Shown here: positions 1 through 10,007 of the stretch, piece by piece | Numbering within the stretch: the stretch's first letter is position 1 | How the letters are laid out: each line of letters begins with the position of its first letter | Assembly: GCA_021463145.1 (NCBI GenBank) | Contig: JAJTWZ010000010.1 | Location: forward strand, 6,766 to 70,765 | Length of the DNA stretch: 64,000 nt | Direction: 5' to 3' | Source: Blastocatellia bacterium | GTDB lineage: Bacteria > Acidobacteriota > Blastocatellia > UBA7656 > JADIYM01 | Notes under the pieces: generated by a model | Told to the model about the DNA's origin: nothing | Database searches by the model: none | The model's input: the letters and a program-made list of their open reading frames with translations, nothing else | Translations under genes and position numbers: made by a program

Positions 1-502
1 ACCAGATCACGTTCACGGGTCGCGACCGTGAGGGCCGCGAACGATCGGCAACACTGACACTGACGATCACGGCTGCCTGACGCGAGACGGCGTGGCACTG
101 GAGAATGGGGACTGACTTGCCGGAGTCAGTCACCATTGCTCCCACGATCGGAATCCGTGCCAGGTCGCGTTGCTCTTCCACTGGGATTCCACCTTCTCCC
201 GGGACTATGGACATTCGTTCGGCCGGGAACGGAAGTTCCGACGCCCCACGCCCCGCTTCACCCCTCGAGGGGCTTTGAACTTTTCCCTGCAGCATATCCA
301 CGGCTTCGCCGCGGGGGACGGGGTGCATTGGCGCCGACGCTCCCCGCCGCGTTCCCCGAGGCGGTTCAGGGCACTCCGCGAGCAAGGCTAACGCGTTCCC
401 CAGGCGGGCCGCGGAACACCAGTGGTGCGCCGAAGCATTCGTCCCGGCGGGAGATCAAAGCCACTTGCATCAAGCTGATCAGCGAGTCGGGGCGGTCGGC
501 GT

Positions 503-970
503 GTGGTAAGCTTCGCGCCGATCGTGTTGAACCGCGCACAACGGCCGCGTCACTGGCGGACCTGTCTCTATCGGTTGGTGGGGCTGCTCCTGCTGTTCAC
601 CTGCGTCGATATTCTGTCGCCCCAGACTTGCGCGGAAGATATGCTCGGTTTCTCCGCCGGCGGCGCCTCGATTTCCGCGACCGCTTCAGTGCCTTCCGCT
701 GCAGCTTCGAACTCGGCCGCGAACCCATCCTTCGAAGCCGCCTTGGATTCGCGCATGGCCGCCATCCAGGCGACGCCGTTGCATTCCGACGACAACAACG
801 CCTCGGAGCACGCCGACGAAGACTGCTTCTGTTGTTGTTCTCACCTCGTTGCAAGCGGCCGTATCACCCTTCAAGCCGTTCCGGCACAGGTGATGTCCGG
901 TAGCCCGACGCCATTCTCGATGTCTGTCGGCACGACTCAGTCGCTCTTCCGCCCTCCACGTCTCCTCTAG
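503..970 (+). CDS. Small putative exported protein with a Cys/His motif (HADEDCFCCCSH), possibly DUF2946-like and metal-resistance associated.
   Basis: The 155 aa ORF lies directly upstream of the czcCBA operon on the same strand. The N-terminus has a basic stretch followed by a hydrophobic segment (LVGLLLLFTCVDIL), which is signal-peptide-like. The C-terminal half carries a His/Glu/Cys cluster. The start is uncertain: the track uses a GTG at 503, and an internal ATG lies at about 641. Family assignment is from memory of small Cys-motif proteins found near copper and heavy-metal efflux genes and was not searched. Confidence 0.3.
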   Translation: MVSFAPIVLNRAQRPRHWRTCLYRLVGLLLLFTCVDILSPQTCAEDMLGFSAGGASISATASVPSAAASNSAANPSFEAALDSRMAAIQATPLHSDDNNASEHADEDCFCCCSHLVASGRITLQAVPAQVMSGSPTPFSMSVGTTQSLFRPPRLL

Positions 971-1146
971 TCCCTCGTATCGCTCCGTCACGATTTCCGC
1001 ACTGAAGGTGCCTGCGTCCCGTCCCCGGGGCGTCGGGGATCCCGGTGAGGTATGCCGCGCAGGGCCGTCGCCGGATAAATCCGTCGACCTTCGATGGCGA
1101 TTCTCGTGACGGACCCCGTCAGGCACGTCCCAGGAGAAGTATCGAA

Positions 1147-2733
1147 ATGATCACCAAAGTCATGGCGCGCGCCCGCTCCGGCGCTCGCGCATCCATCGCA
1201 ATAATGACATGTCTTTCGCTGCCGGCGATCGCACTTGCACAGGCTACGGGCCTACAGGTCTCGGGACCGCCGGCCGCCCACGCAATCGAACCTAAGGCAA
1301 CGAAGCCAGGCTCTTCGATCGAGCTCGTGCGCCGCGCGCTGGCTTCCAATCCTGGACTCGCCGCCGCTCGCCTGGATGTGGACCGCGCACGATCGCGGCT
1401 GCGCCAGGCCGGATTGATCCCGAACCCGACCTTCGAGGTCGAGCAGCGCACGGGCCGATTCACCGGCGCCGACGGCGAGGGCGAGACCACAGTGGGAGTC
1501 GCCGTTCCGCTGGAACTGTTCGGACAACGCGCCCGCCGCATCGACCTCGCCGAAATCGAAGTCGAAGCCTCGGAAGCTGCCATCGCCGAACGCGAGCGCC
1601 AGCTCGCCTCGCAGGTGCGTGCGCGATGCGCCGAAGTCCTCGGCGCCCGGCACGAACTCGCCCTCATCGACGAATTGACCTCCATCGACGAAGCTACCGC
1701 GAAGTTCGTTTCGGTGCGAGTGTCCGAAGGAGAATCCGCGCCACTCGAGCTCCAGCTCCTGAAGGTCGAAATCGACCGCCGGCTCTCTCGACGCGCTGTA
1801 GTCGAGGGCCGTCTGGAAGCCGCGATACTCGAGTTGAAAGTCCTGACCGGCGCCGCTGAAGGCGAGGACCTGAGACTGTCGGAAGACCTCGCGACGGCCG
1901 GTTGGGCCGGGGCGCCCTCGTCGCTCGGCGAGGCGGTCCGGATGGCGTTCGATTCGCGCCCGGATGTGCGGCTTGCGAGGCTCGAAGAAAGGGCCGCCCA
2001 GGCAGGGCTGCGGTTGATTCGTGCGCAGACCGGACCCGAAGTCACGGCCTTCAGCCGTTTTTCGGTCGAACGGTCGGTCTTCGACGACACTCCGGTCGGC
2101 GTAATCCGTGACCGGGACAAGACGCTGTCCTTCGGCATATCCATTTCGCTACCCGTCTTCAACCGCAACCAGGGCGCTCGCGCCGAAGCGGAGACCGCGG
2201 TCGCTCAATCGACGAAGCTCCGCGAGTACGCCGAGCAGCGGGTGCGCACAGAGGTTGCAGCAGCTTACGCCCGGCTGAAGGCGGCTGACTCGGCAGTCGC
2301 AACGTTCGAAGGCGGCGTCATCGCCCGGACGAACGAGACGATACGGTCCGTTCGCGGCGCATACGAGATTGGCGCCTTCAGCATTACCGAACTGCTCGCG
2401 GAACAGCACCGGTTCGCCGATGCCCGCAGCGAGTACGCCGGGACGCTTGCGGACCGCTACCAGGCGCTCTCGGACCTGCAGTCTGCAATGGGAGTCACCG
2501 CGCCATTCACCGAACGCACGCCGGCTGCAAAGCCCGACGTCACTGCCGCGTCCAGGTGGGCATATCCGGGTGTCGCGCTTGACGCCACACCCGCGCCTCC
2601 CGGCGATCCGGACGGCATCGTCGCGCCGGCCAGCAGGATCGGACCGCGCCGGCGCGATTCGTCCGAAGGCCGGACGGATCTCACTCCAATACCGGATTCA
2701 ACGGAACGCACATCGGCGCCCGGCCCGAAATAA
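1147..2733 (+). CDS. czcC: Outer membrane factor of a heavy-metal RND efflux system (TolC/CzcC family)
   Basis: The sequence resembles outer membrane efflux protein (OEP) family members over its length. An ATG at 1147 is preceded by an AGGAGAAG ribosome-binding site, and the N-terminus is signal-peptide-like (MITKVMARARSGARASIAIMTCLSLPAIALAQA). The gene is followed directly by an adaptor and an RND pump. Confidence 0.85.
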   Translation: MITKVMARARSGARASIAIMTCLSLPAIALAQATGLQVSGPPAAHAIEPKATKPGSSIELVRRALASNPGLAAARLDVDRARSRLRQAGLIPNPTFEVEQRTGRFTGADGEGETTVGVAVPLELFGQRARRIDLAEIEVEASEAAIAERERQLASQVRARCAEVLGARHELALIDELTSIDEATAKFVSVRVSEGESAPLELQLLKVEIDRRLSRRAVVEGRLEAAILELKVLTGAAEGEDLRLSEDLATAGWAGAPSSLGEAVRMAFDSRPDVRLARLEERAAQAGLRLIRAQTGPEVTAFSRFSVERSVFDDTPVGVIRDRDKTLSFGISISLPVFNRNQGARAEAETAVAQSTKLREYAEQRVRTEVAAAYARLKAADSAVATFEGGVIARTNETIRSVRGAYEIGAFSITELLAEQHRFADARSEYAGTLADRYQALSDLQSAMGVTAPFTERTPAAKPDVTAASRWAYPGVALDATPAPPGDPDGIVAPASRIGPRRRDSSEGRTDLTPIPDSTERTSAPGPK

Positions 2734-2745
2734 GGAACCACGGAA

Positions 2746-4179
2746 ATGACCGACAACGAATCGAGAACACCTTTCGGCGGCGACGTCCGCGATCGGGACG
2801 AAGAGACGCGGCGTCTGGGTCTGCGCAACAGGATCCTCGCGTCCGCGCTCGCCATAGTCGCAATTGCCGCCGTCGCGTTCGTCTTACTTTCCAGAGGCGG
2901 CGATGTCGCGACGCAAGGCGGGCATTCAGAGGCTGCCGGGCACGCCGACGGCGAGCACGGCGAGGAGATGGGCGAAGTCGAACTCGAGCCGGAAGCAATC
3001 GAGGCGGCCGGTATCGAGATAGAGGCCGTGACGGAGCGCCTCGCCGTGAGCCCACTAATCGTTACCGGAACGGTCGAGGCGAATCAGGAACAGACACAGC
3101 AGGCCTCGACGCTCGTCTCGGGCAGGGTCGAGCGCGTTTACGCCGCACTTGGCGACTTCGTGAAGAAGGGCGCTCCTCTGGCGGTGATCTCCAGCCCGGA
3201 AGCCGCCGAGATGAAGGGCAAGCTGCGCGAGGCCGAAACCCGTCTCGAACTGGCGCGCCGGAATGTGGATCGCGTCAAGCGAGCCGAGAACCGGGCGGGC
3301 GTTCTCGCTGCGAAGGCCAGGCTCGACGAAGCCGAGGCCACGCTTCGGCGGACGAAGAGACTGGTCGATCTGGGCGCCGGTGCGGGCAAGGACCTTACAG
3401 CCGCCGAGACCGCGTATGCGACGGCAAAAGCGGAGTTCGACTACCAGTCCAACATCGCCATCAGCCGCGAGGTACAGATTGCGCAGGCCGAGGTCGAGAC
3501 GGCGGCGACGGAAGTCAACCACCTTCGCCAGAGCCTTCAGGCGCTCGGAGCGGACACCGGCGATCAGGTCTCGGCCGTCACGCTGATGGCTCCAATCGCT
3601 GGCACCGTCACCGAGCGAACGGTGAATGCCGGCGCCGGCGTGGAAGCGGGCGCGGCGTTGTTCACGATCGGGAACCTCTCGACGGTCTGGGTGATCGCCA
3701 ACGTGCCGGAGTCGAAGGTAGCCGACCTGCGGGTGGGTTCGCCGGCCGAAGTTGTCACCGCCGCCCCCGGCGAGGATCCGCGATCTGGCCGAATCGATTA
3801 CATCGACCCGCGACTCGACGAGCAGACACGCACTGCTCGCGTACGGGTGGAGGTCGCCAATCCCGGCGAGAAACTGCGAGTCGGCATGTTCGTCCAGGTC
3901 GGGTTCCAGTCCGGCTCTGCGGGCGCCGACGCCGGGCCATCCGAACTGGTCGTCCGCTCGTCGGCCATTCAGCGCGTCGGTGAACGAGCGGTCGTCTTCA
4001 TTCCGAAAGACGACGAGCCCGGGCATTTCGAAGTGCGCGACGTCGAGGTCGGAGGAGAAGTGGCGGGCTACCGGAAGATCCTCGGCGGGCTGAGTCTCGG
4101 GGAGAAAGTCGTCACCAAGGGCAGTTTCACGCTCAAGACTCAGCTGATGAAGGGCGAGCTCGGGGAGCATTCACACTAG
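2746..4179 (+). CDS. czcB: Efflux RND periplasmic adaptor subunit (membrane fusion protein, CzcB/HlyD family)
   Basis: An N-terminal transmembrane anchor (ILASALAIVAIAAVAFVLL) is followed by coiled-coil, lipoyl and beta-barrel regions typical of membrane fusion proteins. The gene sits between an OEP and a CzcA-like pump, with an AAGGAA ribosome-binding site. Confidence 0.85.
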   Translation: MTDNESRTPFGGDVRDRDEETRRLGLRNRILASALAIVAIAAVAFVLLSRGGDVATQGGHSEAAGHADGEHGEEMGEVELEPEAIEAAGIEIEAVTERLAVSPLIVTGTVEANQEQTQQASTLVSGRVERVYAALGDFVKKGAPLAVISSPEAAEMKGKLREAETRLELARRNVDRVKRAENRAGVLAAKARLDEAEATLRRTKRLVDLGAGAGKDLTAAETAYATAKAEFDYQSNIAISREVQIAQAEVETAATEVNHLRQSLQALGADTGDQVSAVTLMAPIAGTVTERTVNAGAGVEAGAALFTIGNLSTVWVIANVPESKVADLRVGSPAEVVTAAPGEDPRSGRIDYIDPRLDEQTRTARVRVEVANPGEKLRVGMFVQVGFQSGSAGADAGPSELVVRSSAIQRVGERAVVFIPKDDEPGHFEVRDVEVGGEVAGYRKILGGLSLGEKVVTKGSFTLKTQLMKGELGEHSH

Positions 4180-4181
4180 CC

Positions 4182-7100
4182 ATGATCGACGCAATCATCC
4201 GGTTCGCTGTCTCGCAGAGACTTCTCGTCTTTCTGATGACGGGCATTCTCGTCGTGGCGGGTATCAACTGCCTGCGCCGCCTCCCGATCGACGCCGTTCC
4301 AGACGTCACGAACGTCCAGGTCCAGGTCCTGACAGCCGCCCCCTCGCTCGCCCCGCTCGAGGTCGAAAGGCAGATCACCTTTCCGGTCGAGGTGGCGATG
4401 TCTGGCCTGCCGGGAATCGAAGAAATCCGTTCCGTGTCGAAATTCGGCCTCTCTGCGGTGACGATAGTATTCGAGGACTCGACCAACATCTATTTTGCCC
4501 GTCAGCTCGTTCTCGAACGTCTCTCGGAGGCTCGCGAGCAGATTCCCGAAGGCATCGGATCGCCCGAAATGGGCCCGATCTCGACGGGTCTCGGCGAGAT
4601 CTATCAGTATGAGCTCGTTGCGGCGCCAGAGAGCGGCTACGACGCGACCAGTCTTCGAACCGTGCAGGACTGGATCGTGCGCAGGCAGATGCTCGGCGTG
4701 CCAGGCGTCGTCGAGGTCAACTCGTTCGGAGGACGCGAAAAGCAGTACCAGGTACGTCTCGACCCTGCCCGCCTGCAGGCTTACGACCTTACGCTTCGGG
4801 ACGTGCTCGACTCCGTGGCGCGAAACAATGCCAATGTCGGCGGTGCCTACATTGAGCACGGCGAGGAGCAGTATCTGCTGCGCGGTCTCGGCCTCGTCGA
4901 ATCGCCCGACGACATCAGGAACATCGTCGTGAAGACCGGACCCGAGGGCGTCCCGGTTTACGTCAGCGACGTCGGAGAGGTAGTGACAGGGGCGACGGTT
5001 CGCCAGGGAGCGGTGACGGCGGACGGCAAGGGCGAGATCGTCGCAGGCATCGCGATGATGCTCAAGGACGAGAACTCGCGAACCGTGATCGAACGCGTCA
5101 AGGAGCGTGTCGAGCAGGTCAGGAAGTCGCTCCCGAAGGGCGTCGAGCTGATTCCCTTCTACGACAGGACCGAGCTCGTCGACCGCACGATCCGGACGGT
5201 GGCGATCAACCTCGTGGAAGGGGCGATCCTCGTCGTCGTCGTCCTCATCCTCCTGCTCGGTAACTGGCGGGGCGCGCTCCTCGTGGCGACGATAATTCCG
5301 CTCTCGATGCTCTTCGCCGCGATCTGCATGGTCGCCTTCAAGGTTTCGGGAAACCTGATGAGCCTCGGTGCGCTCGATTTCGGATTGATAGTCGACGGCG
5401 CGGTGGTCATGGTGGAGAACGCCGTGCGTAGGCGGGCCGAGGCGCAACACGACCGGAAAAGCGAGCCGCCCGAACGGACCATCCTCGAGGCCTGCCTGGA
5501 GGTCGGCAGGCCGGTCGTATTCGCCGTGGCGATCATCATGATCGTCTATCTCCCGATCCTCTCGCTGCGGGGGATCGAGGGCAAGATGTTCATCCCGATG
5601 GCACTGACGGTGATCTTCGCACTCGCGGGCTCGCTGTTGCTCTCGCTTACGTTCATCCCGGCGGCGATGACGCTGCTGCTCAAAGGACACGTCTCCGAAA
5701 CCGAAAGCCCTGTCATTCGACTGGCGAAACGGTGGTACAAGCCGTCGCTCGCTTATGTCATGCGCCACCGGAACCCGGTCGTCTCGAGCGCTTTCGCGCT
5801 CGTTCTCCTGAGCGGCGCCGTCCTGCCGCTGCTGGGGTCCGAGTTCATCCCGCGCCTGGACGAGGGGTCGCTGGCGATTCAGGTCCAGCAGCTTCCAAGC
5901 GTCTCGCTCAGCCAGTCGATTGCGACCACAACCGAGGTCGAGAAGGTGCTGATGACGTTCCCCGAGGTGACAAAGGTGGTTTCGAAGACGGGCCGCGCCG
6001 AAGTCGCCACCGACCCCATGAGCGTCGACTTCTCGGATCTCTACATCGCGCTCGAACCGCAGGAAAAATGGACGAGCGCGCGCACTCGCGAGGAACTGGT
6101 CGAGAAGATGTCCAACGCGCTCGAGGCCGGCGTGCCAAACGCGAGCGTCAGCTTCTCGCAGCCCATCGAGTTGCGGGTTTCCGAGCTCATCTCGGGGGTG
6201 CGTTCCGATGTCGGCATCAAGCTGTTCGGCGACGATCTCGACACGCTAAAGGAGAAGGGGGACCAGATCGCCCGAGTCGTCAGCCGTGTTGCTGGCGCCG
6301 AGGACGTGAAAGCGGAGGCCGTGTCCGGCCTGCCGCAATTGCAGATCAGGCCGGACCGGGCGGCCATCGCCCGCCTGGGCCTCAACGTCGAGGACGTCAA
6401 CGACGTGGTCGAGTCGATCGTGGCCGGCAAGGAGGCCGGTCAGGTTTTCGAAGGCGAACACCGGTTCGCGCTTGTCGTGCGTTTCGCCGAGTTGAACGAG
6501 AAGAACGTCGAGTCGATCAGGAACCTCACGTTGATGGCTCCCGGTGGCGCTCGTGTCCCACTGGGACAGGTGGCCGACGTTTCGCTCGTGGAAGGAGCGG
6601 CGCAGATCTCGCGTGAGGACGCGCGCCGGAGAATCGCAGTCGAGTGCAACGTTCGTGGGCGCGACATCGGCAGCTTCGTCGGGGAGGCGCAGGCAGCCAT
6701 CGAGCGCGAAGTTGTCCTGCCACCGGGCTACTACGTGACGTGGGGTGGGCAGTTCGAAAACCTGGAGCGCGCGACGGAGAGACTGCTCATAGTGGTGCCG
6801 CTCGCGCTCGTTCTCATCTTCGTGCTGTTGTTCTCCACGTTCGGTTCGGTGCGGCTGGCGCTGCTGATTTATACGGGAATCCCGTTCGCCGTCGTCGGCG
6901 GGGTATTCGGACTTGCGGTACGTGGGATGCCCTTCTCGATCTCGGCGGGGGTGGGGTTCATCGCCCTCTTCGGAGTCGCCGTGCTCAACGGAGTGGTGAT
7001 GGTCAGCTACGTCGATCGTCTTCGAAAGGAGGGCCGGTCGCTTGCGGAAGCTGTGATCGAGGGAGCCGAGACGCGTCTCAGGCCGGTGTTGATGACGGCG

Positions 7101-7271
7101 CTCGTCGCGAGCCTCGGGTTCGTACCGATGGCGCTGGCGACTTCTGCCGGGGCCGAGGTTCAGAGGCCGCTGGCAACGGTGGTCATCGGAGGCCTCGTTA
7201 CATCGACCGTCCTGACGCTGCTGGTACTGCCGACTCTCTACAAGTGGTTCGAGCGCGAACCGGGAGAGTGA
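4182..7271 (+). CDS. czcA: Heavy-metal efflux RND transporter, CzcA/CusA (HME) family
   Basis: The 1029 aa protein has an N-terminus (MIDAIIRFAVSQRLLVFLMTG...PIDAVPDVTNVQVQVLT...ARQLVLERLSEAREQIPEG) that aligns closely with CzcA-type HME-RND pumps. Its start lies 3 nt after the czcB stop. Confidence 0.93.
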   Translation: MIDAIIRFAVSQRLLVFLMTGILVVAGINCLRRLPIDAVPDVTNVQVQVLTAAPSLAPLEVERQITFPVEVAMSGLPGIEEIRSVSKFGLSAVTIVFEDSTNIYFARQLVLERLSEAREQIPEGIGSPEMGPISTGLGEIYQYELVAAPESGYDATSLRTVQDWIVRRQMLGVPGVVEVNSFGGREKQYQVRLDPARLQAYDLTLRDVLDSVARNNANVGGAYIEHGEEQYLLRGLGLVESPDDIRNIVVKTGPEGVPVYVSDVGEVVTGATVRQGAVTADGKGEIVAGIAMMLKDENSRTVIERVKERVEQVRKSLPKGVELIPFYDRTELVDRTIRTVAINLVEGAILVVVVLILLLGNWRGALLVATIIPLSMLFAAICMVAFKVSGNLMSLGALDFGLIVDGAVVMVENAVRRRAEAQHDRKSEPPERTILEACLEVGRPVVFAVAIIMIVYLPILSLRGIEGKMFIPMALTVIFALAGSLLLSLTFIPAAMTLLLKGHVSETESPVIRLAKRWYKPSLAYVMRHRNPVVSSAFALVLLSGAVLPLLGSEFIPRLDEGSLAIQVQQLPSVSLSQSIATTTEVEKVLMTFPEVTKVVSKTGRAEVATDPMSVDFSDLYIALEPQEKWTSARTREELVEKMSNALEAGVPNASVSFSQPIELRVSELISGVRSDVGIKLFGDDLDTLKEKGDQIARVVSRVAGAEDVKAEAVSGLPQLQIRPDRAAIARLGLNVEDVNDVVESIVAGKEAGQVFEGEHRFALVVRFAELNEKNVESIRNLTLMAPGGARVPLGQVADVSLVEGAAQISREDARRRIAVECNVRGRDIGSFVGEAQAAIEREVVLPPGYYVTWGGQFENLERATERLLIVVPLALVLIFVLLFSTFGSVRLALLIYTGIPFAVVGGVFGLAVRGMPFSISAGVGFIALFGVAVLNGVVMVSYVDRLRKEGRSLAEAVIEGAETRLRPVLMTALVASLGFVPMALATSAGAEVQRPLATVVIGGLVTSTVLTLLVLPTLYKWFEREPGE

Positions 7272-7361
7272 CGCGGGCCGGCAGTCAATCTTCCCCCGGC
7301 AGGGGCGCCGCCGGTGGCGCCCCACCGTATCACATCTATAATGACGGTGGAGGACGATGTG

Positions 7362-8489
7362 ATGACCGATTCGAGTGTTCGTGTCGGGACGGTGCTTGGA
7401 ATCGAAGTTCGGGCGAGCCGCGCCTGGGCCTTCGTCATTCTGATCGTCGCGTTCCTGATGGCCTCGAATTACAGGGAGATGTATCCGGCCTGGCCGACGG
7501 CGAATCTCGTCGCCGCCGGCGCCGCCACGAGCGCACTCTTCGTCGCCTCGGTCGTCTTGCACGAGCTCGCGCATTGCGTCGTTGCCCGGGCGTTCGGCAT
7601 TCAGCCGCGCTGGATCACCCTTACGTTCTTCGGTGGAATGTCGTCGCTCGGAAGACAGGCAAGGCGGCCGATAGAGGAATTCTGCTACGCGATCGCGGGA
7701 CCCGGGGCAAACGTGCTCCTCGCCGTGTTTTTTCTGGTCCTGGACTACCTCCTGCGCGAGACTTTTCCGGTTGTCGCGGCAGTCCTGCATAGTGTGGGGC
7801 TGATCAACGTCATCCTTGCGGTGTTCAATCTCGTGCCCGGCTTTCCGCTCGACGGGGGCCGTGCGATGCGCGCCGGCATCTGGTGGGTCACGGGCAGCTA
7901 CGAAAAAGGCACGGTGGCGGCGGCAATATCCGGACAGGCCATCGCGGCGGTGCTGTTGATGGCCGGTATTGCGGCGGTGTTCGCGGGCAGTTTCGAGGGG
8001 ATAATGCTCGGCTTCGCGGGCCTTTACCTGCTCGGCCGGGCCCGAGCGAGTCTCGGGGAGGTCGCGATGCGACGCGCGCTCACGGGCCTGACCGTGCAGA
8101 GCCTCTGGCTCGAGACGCTGCCACAGGTCGAGCGCACCACCTCACTTGTGGAGTTCCTCCGCCAGCTTCCGCCTACTCGCGAAAGCGCGCCGGATCCGCA
8201 TTTCATGGTCGTCGACGAGGGTGTCATCTACGGCCTGATTCCCGCGTCGCGCGTCACCCGGATCGAGCCCGACAAATGGACCAGGCAGACGGTTGGCGAT
8301 GTCATGACGCCAATCGATCGTGTCGAGAAGCTGACGTTCGAAACGGAGATCGTCCGGGCTCTCGAGGCCGTCGCCGCGTCCGACGTCGACGAACTGCCGG
8401 TCATCGACGAGAACGTCGTGCAGGGCTTCGTCGGACGTGACGCGCTGATGCGGTTCGTTGCGAGCCGGCTCGCATCCGAGGGCGGATGA
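7362..8489 (+). CDS. Site-2 protease family (M50) zinc metalloprotease with C-terminal CBS domains
   Basis: The protein has the HELAHCVVA HExxH motif inside a polytopic membrane region. The C-terminus has a CBS-pair-like sequence (DVMTPIDRVEKLTFETEIVRALEA...ELPVIDENVVQGFVGRDALMRF). The start was chosen at the ATG at 7362, which is preceded by GGAGGA; the track ORF begins at a GTG at 7314. Confidence 0.8.
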   Translation: MTDSSVRVGTVLGIEVRASRAWAFVILIVAFLMASNYREMYPAWPTANLVAAGAATSALFVASVVLHELAHCVVARAFGIQPRWITLTFFGGMSSLGRQARRPIEEFCYAIAGPGANVLLAVFFLVLDYLLRETFPVVAAVLHSVGLINVILAVFNLVPGFPLDGGRAMRAGIWWVTGSYEKGTVAAAISGQAIAAVLLMAGIAAVFAGSFEGIMLGFAGLYLLGRARASLGEVAMRRALTGLTVQSLWLETLPQVERTTSLVEFLRQLPPTRESAPDPHFMVVDEGVIYGLIPASRVTRIEPDKWTRQTVGDVMTPIDRVEKLTFETEIVRALEAVAASDVDELPVIDENVVQGFVGRDALMRFVASRLASEGG

Positions 8490-10000
8490 GCACGATGCGC
8501 GCCCTCGAGCCGGCGCCTTCGAAGGCACTCGCAACCCGCCCCGGCGTTTCGAGGCCACGGCAGTGGGTTCGGACGGCCTCGATTCTCTGGACACTGGCCG
8601 GGTTCGTATTCCCGATGATCCTCGAGGAAGCGCGCGACCGGATTGCCGGACGCGGATGGGTGCGCCGTCGCGCCGAGCCTGCCGATGCCCGGCTTGCGCG
8701 GCACGGAGCCCGGCTGCGCGATCGGCTGCTGCGGCTCGGCCCGACGTTCATCAAGACCGGGCAGATGCTTGCTACGCGCGCGGATCTGCTGCCGGTGCCA
8801 TTCCTGAAGGAACTCTCGATTCTCCACGATCGGGTGCCGCCGTATCCCGACGCGCAGGCATTCGCAATCATCGAAGAGGACCTCGGACGCTCACTTGGCT
8901 CGGTGTTCTCCGAGATCAGCGAAGGGCCGATCGCGGCGGCGAGTCTGGGCCAGGTCTATCGGGCCCGCCTCCGGGCGACTGGAGAGACCGTCGCCGTGAA
9001 GGTGCGCAGACCGGATCTTGCGCGTCGGGTTGCGCTGGACATGGCCGTGCTCGATCGCGTCGCGAGATGGACGGAGTCGCTCGAGCGCCGGTCGGATCGA
9101 TACGACTTCCTGAAGTTCCTTCGGGGAGAATGGGTCTCGTCCATTCGCGAATTCGACCGTGTGCTGCACGAGGAGATGGACTATCGGCGCGAGGCCGTGA
9201 GCGCCAGGCGCTTCAAGGCCAACTTCGCATCGTGGAAGGGAGTGCACGTTCCCCGAATTCACGAAGCCTTTTCGACAGAGCGCGTTCTGGTAATGGAGTT
9301 CGTCGAAGGGACCAAGGTAACGGATCTGGATGAGCTTCGGCGGCGCGGTCATTCGCCGCGTGCCATCAACGAGCGGCTCTACCGTACCTACTTCAAGCAG
9401 CTCTTCGAAGACGGCTTCTTCCACGCGGACCCGCATCCGGGAAACCTGCTCGTCATGGCGGACGGACGGCTCGCGTTCTTCGACTTCGGAATGTCGGGCG
9501 AGCTCGACGACGTGTTGCGCGGCCGTATGGTAACGGCGTTCTTTCATATGGTGGAGCGCGACATCGACGGACTGATCGAAGACCTCTTCGCACTCGGGTT
9601 CCTGCCGCCCGGCGCGGACATCCGGGGTCTTCACGAGCTCGTGGCCGAGGCCTTTTCGCGCCGTCTCGACGTGAAACTCTCCGAAGTCCGTTTCCGCGAG
9701 ATGGTCTACGACCTCGCGCCAATCGTATTCGAGTACCCGTTCACGACGCCGGCCCGTTTCACGTTTCTGATCCGCGCGCTGATGACGCTTGAAGGGATCA
9801 GCGTGCAGATGAATCCTGACTTCAATTTCTTCGAGGTGGCCGGGCCATACGCGCGCGACTTCCTGTTCAAGCGAGAGGCCAGGGCGCTCCGCGGTCAGGT
9901 GCTCGAGAGCCTGAAGACCGCCGGAACCGGGAAGTTCGATTGGGGACGCATCTGGCGTCTTGCCCGCACGGCGTACGACGTCTACACGAGCGGGCGTTAA
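8486..10000 (+). CDS. ABC1/UbiB-family atypical protein kinase
   Basis: Conserved ABC1 kinase motifs are present (LGPTFIKTGQMLATRADLLP, AAASLGQVYRARL, TGETVAVKVRRPD, FHADPHPGNLLV). The start overlaps the upstream stop (ATGA), indicating translational coupling to the site-2 protease. Confidence 0.85.
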   Translation: MSTMRALEPAPSKALATRPGVSRPRQWVRTASILWTLAGFVFPMILEEARDRIAGRGWVRRRAEPADARLARHGARLRDRLLRLGPTFIKTGQMLATRADLLPVPFLKELSILHDRVPPYPDAQAFAIIEEDLGRSLGSVFSEISEGPIAAASLGQVYRARLRATGETVAVKVRRPDLARRVALDMAVLDRVARWTESLERRSDRYDFLKFLRGEWVSSIREFDRVLHEEMDYRREAVSARRFKANFASWKGVHVPRIHEAFSTERVLVMEFVEGTKVTDLDELRRRGHSPRAINERLYRTYFKQLFEDGFFHADPHPGNLLVMADGRLAFFDFGMSGELDDVLRGRMVTAFFHMVERDIDGLIEDLFALGFLPPGADIRGLHELVAEAFSRRLDVKLSEVRFREMVYDLAPIVFEYPFTTPARFTFLIRALMTLEGISVQMNPDFNFFEVAGPYARDFLFKREARALRGQVLESLKTAGTGKFDWGRIWRLARTAYDVYTSGR

Positions 10001-10007
10001 AGAGCCG

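Noticed and set aside
1-80. Possible 3' end of an upstream gene (frame 3 reads ...QITFTGRDREGRERSATLTLTITAA then stop)
   Set aside because: It is too short to assign and not supported by any motif, so it is noted only as a possibility.
136-1126. Several overlapping ORFs on both strands in the first kilobase (136-903 +, 597-854 -, 686-1126 -)
   Set aside because: They have extreme Arg/Pro/Ser composition, overlap each other in multiple frames and show no motifs. Only the Cys/His-motif ORF at 503-970 was kept, at low confidence.
4176-7790. Long minus-strand ORFs (530 aa and 514 aa) overlapping czcA
   Set aside because: They are antisense to a strongly supported RND pump gene, with highly charged Arg/His/Asp-rich composition and no recognisable motifs.
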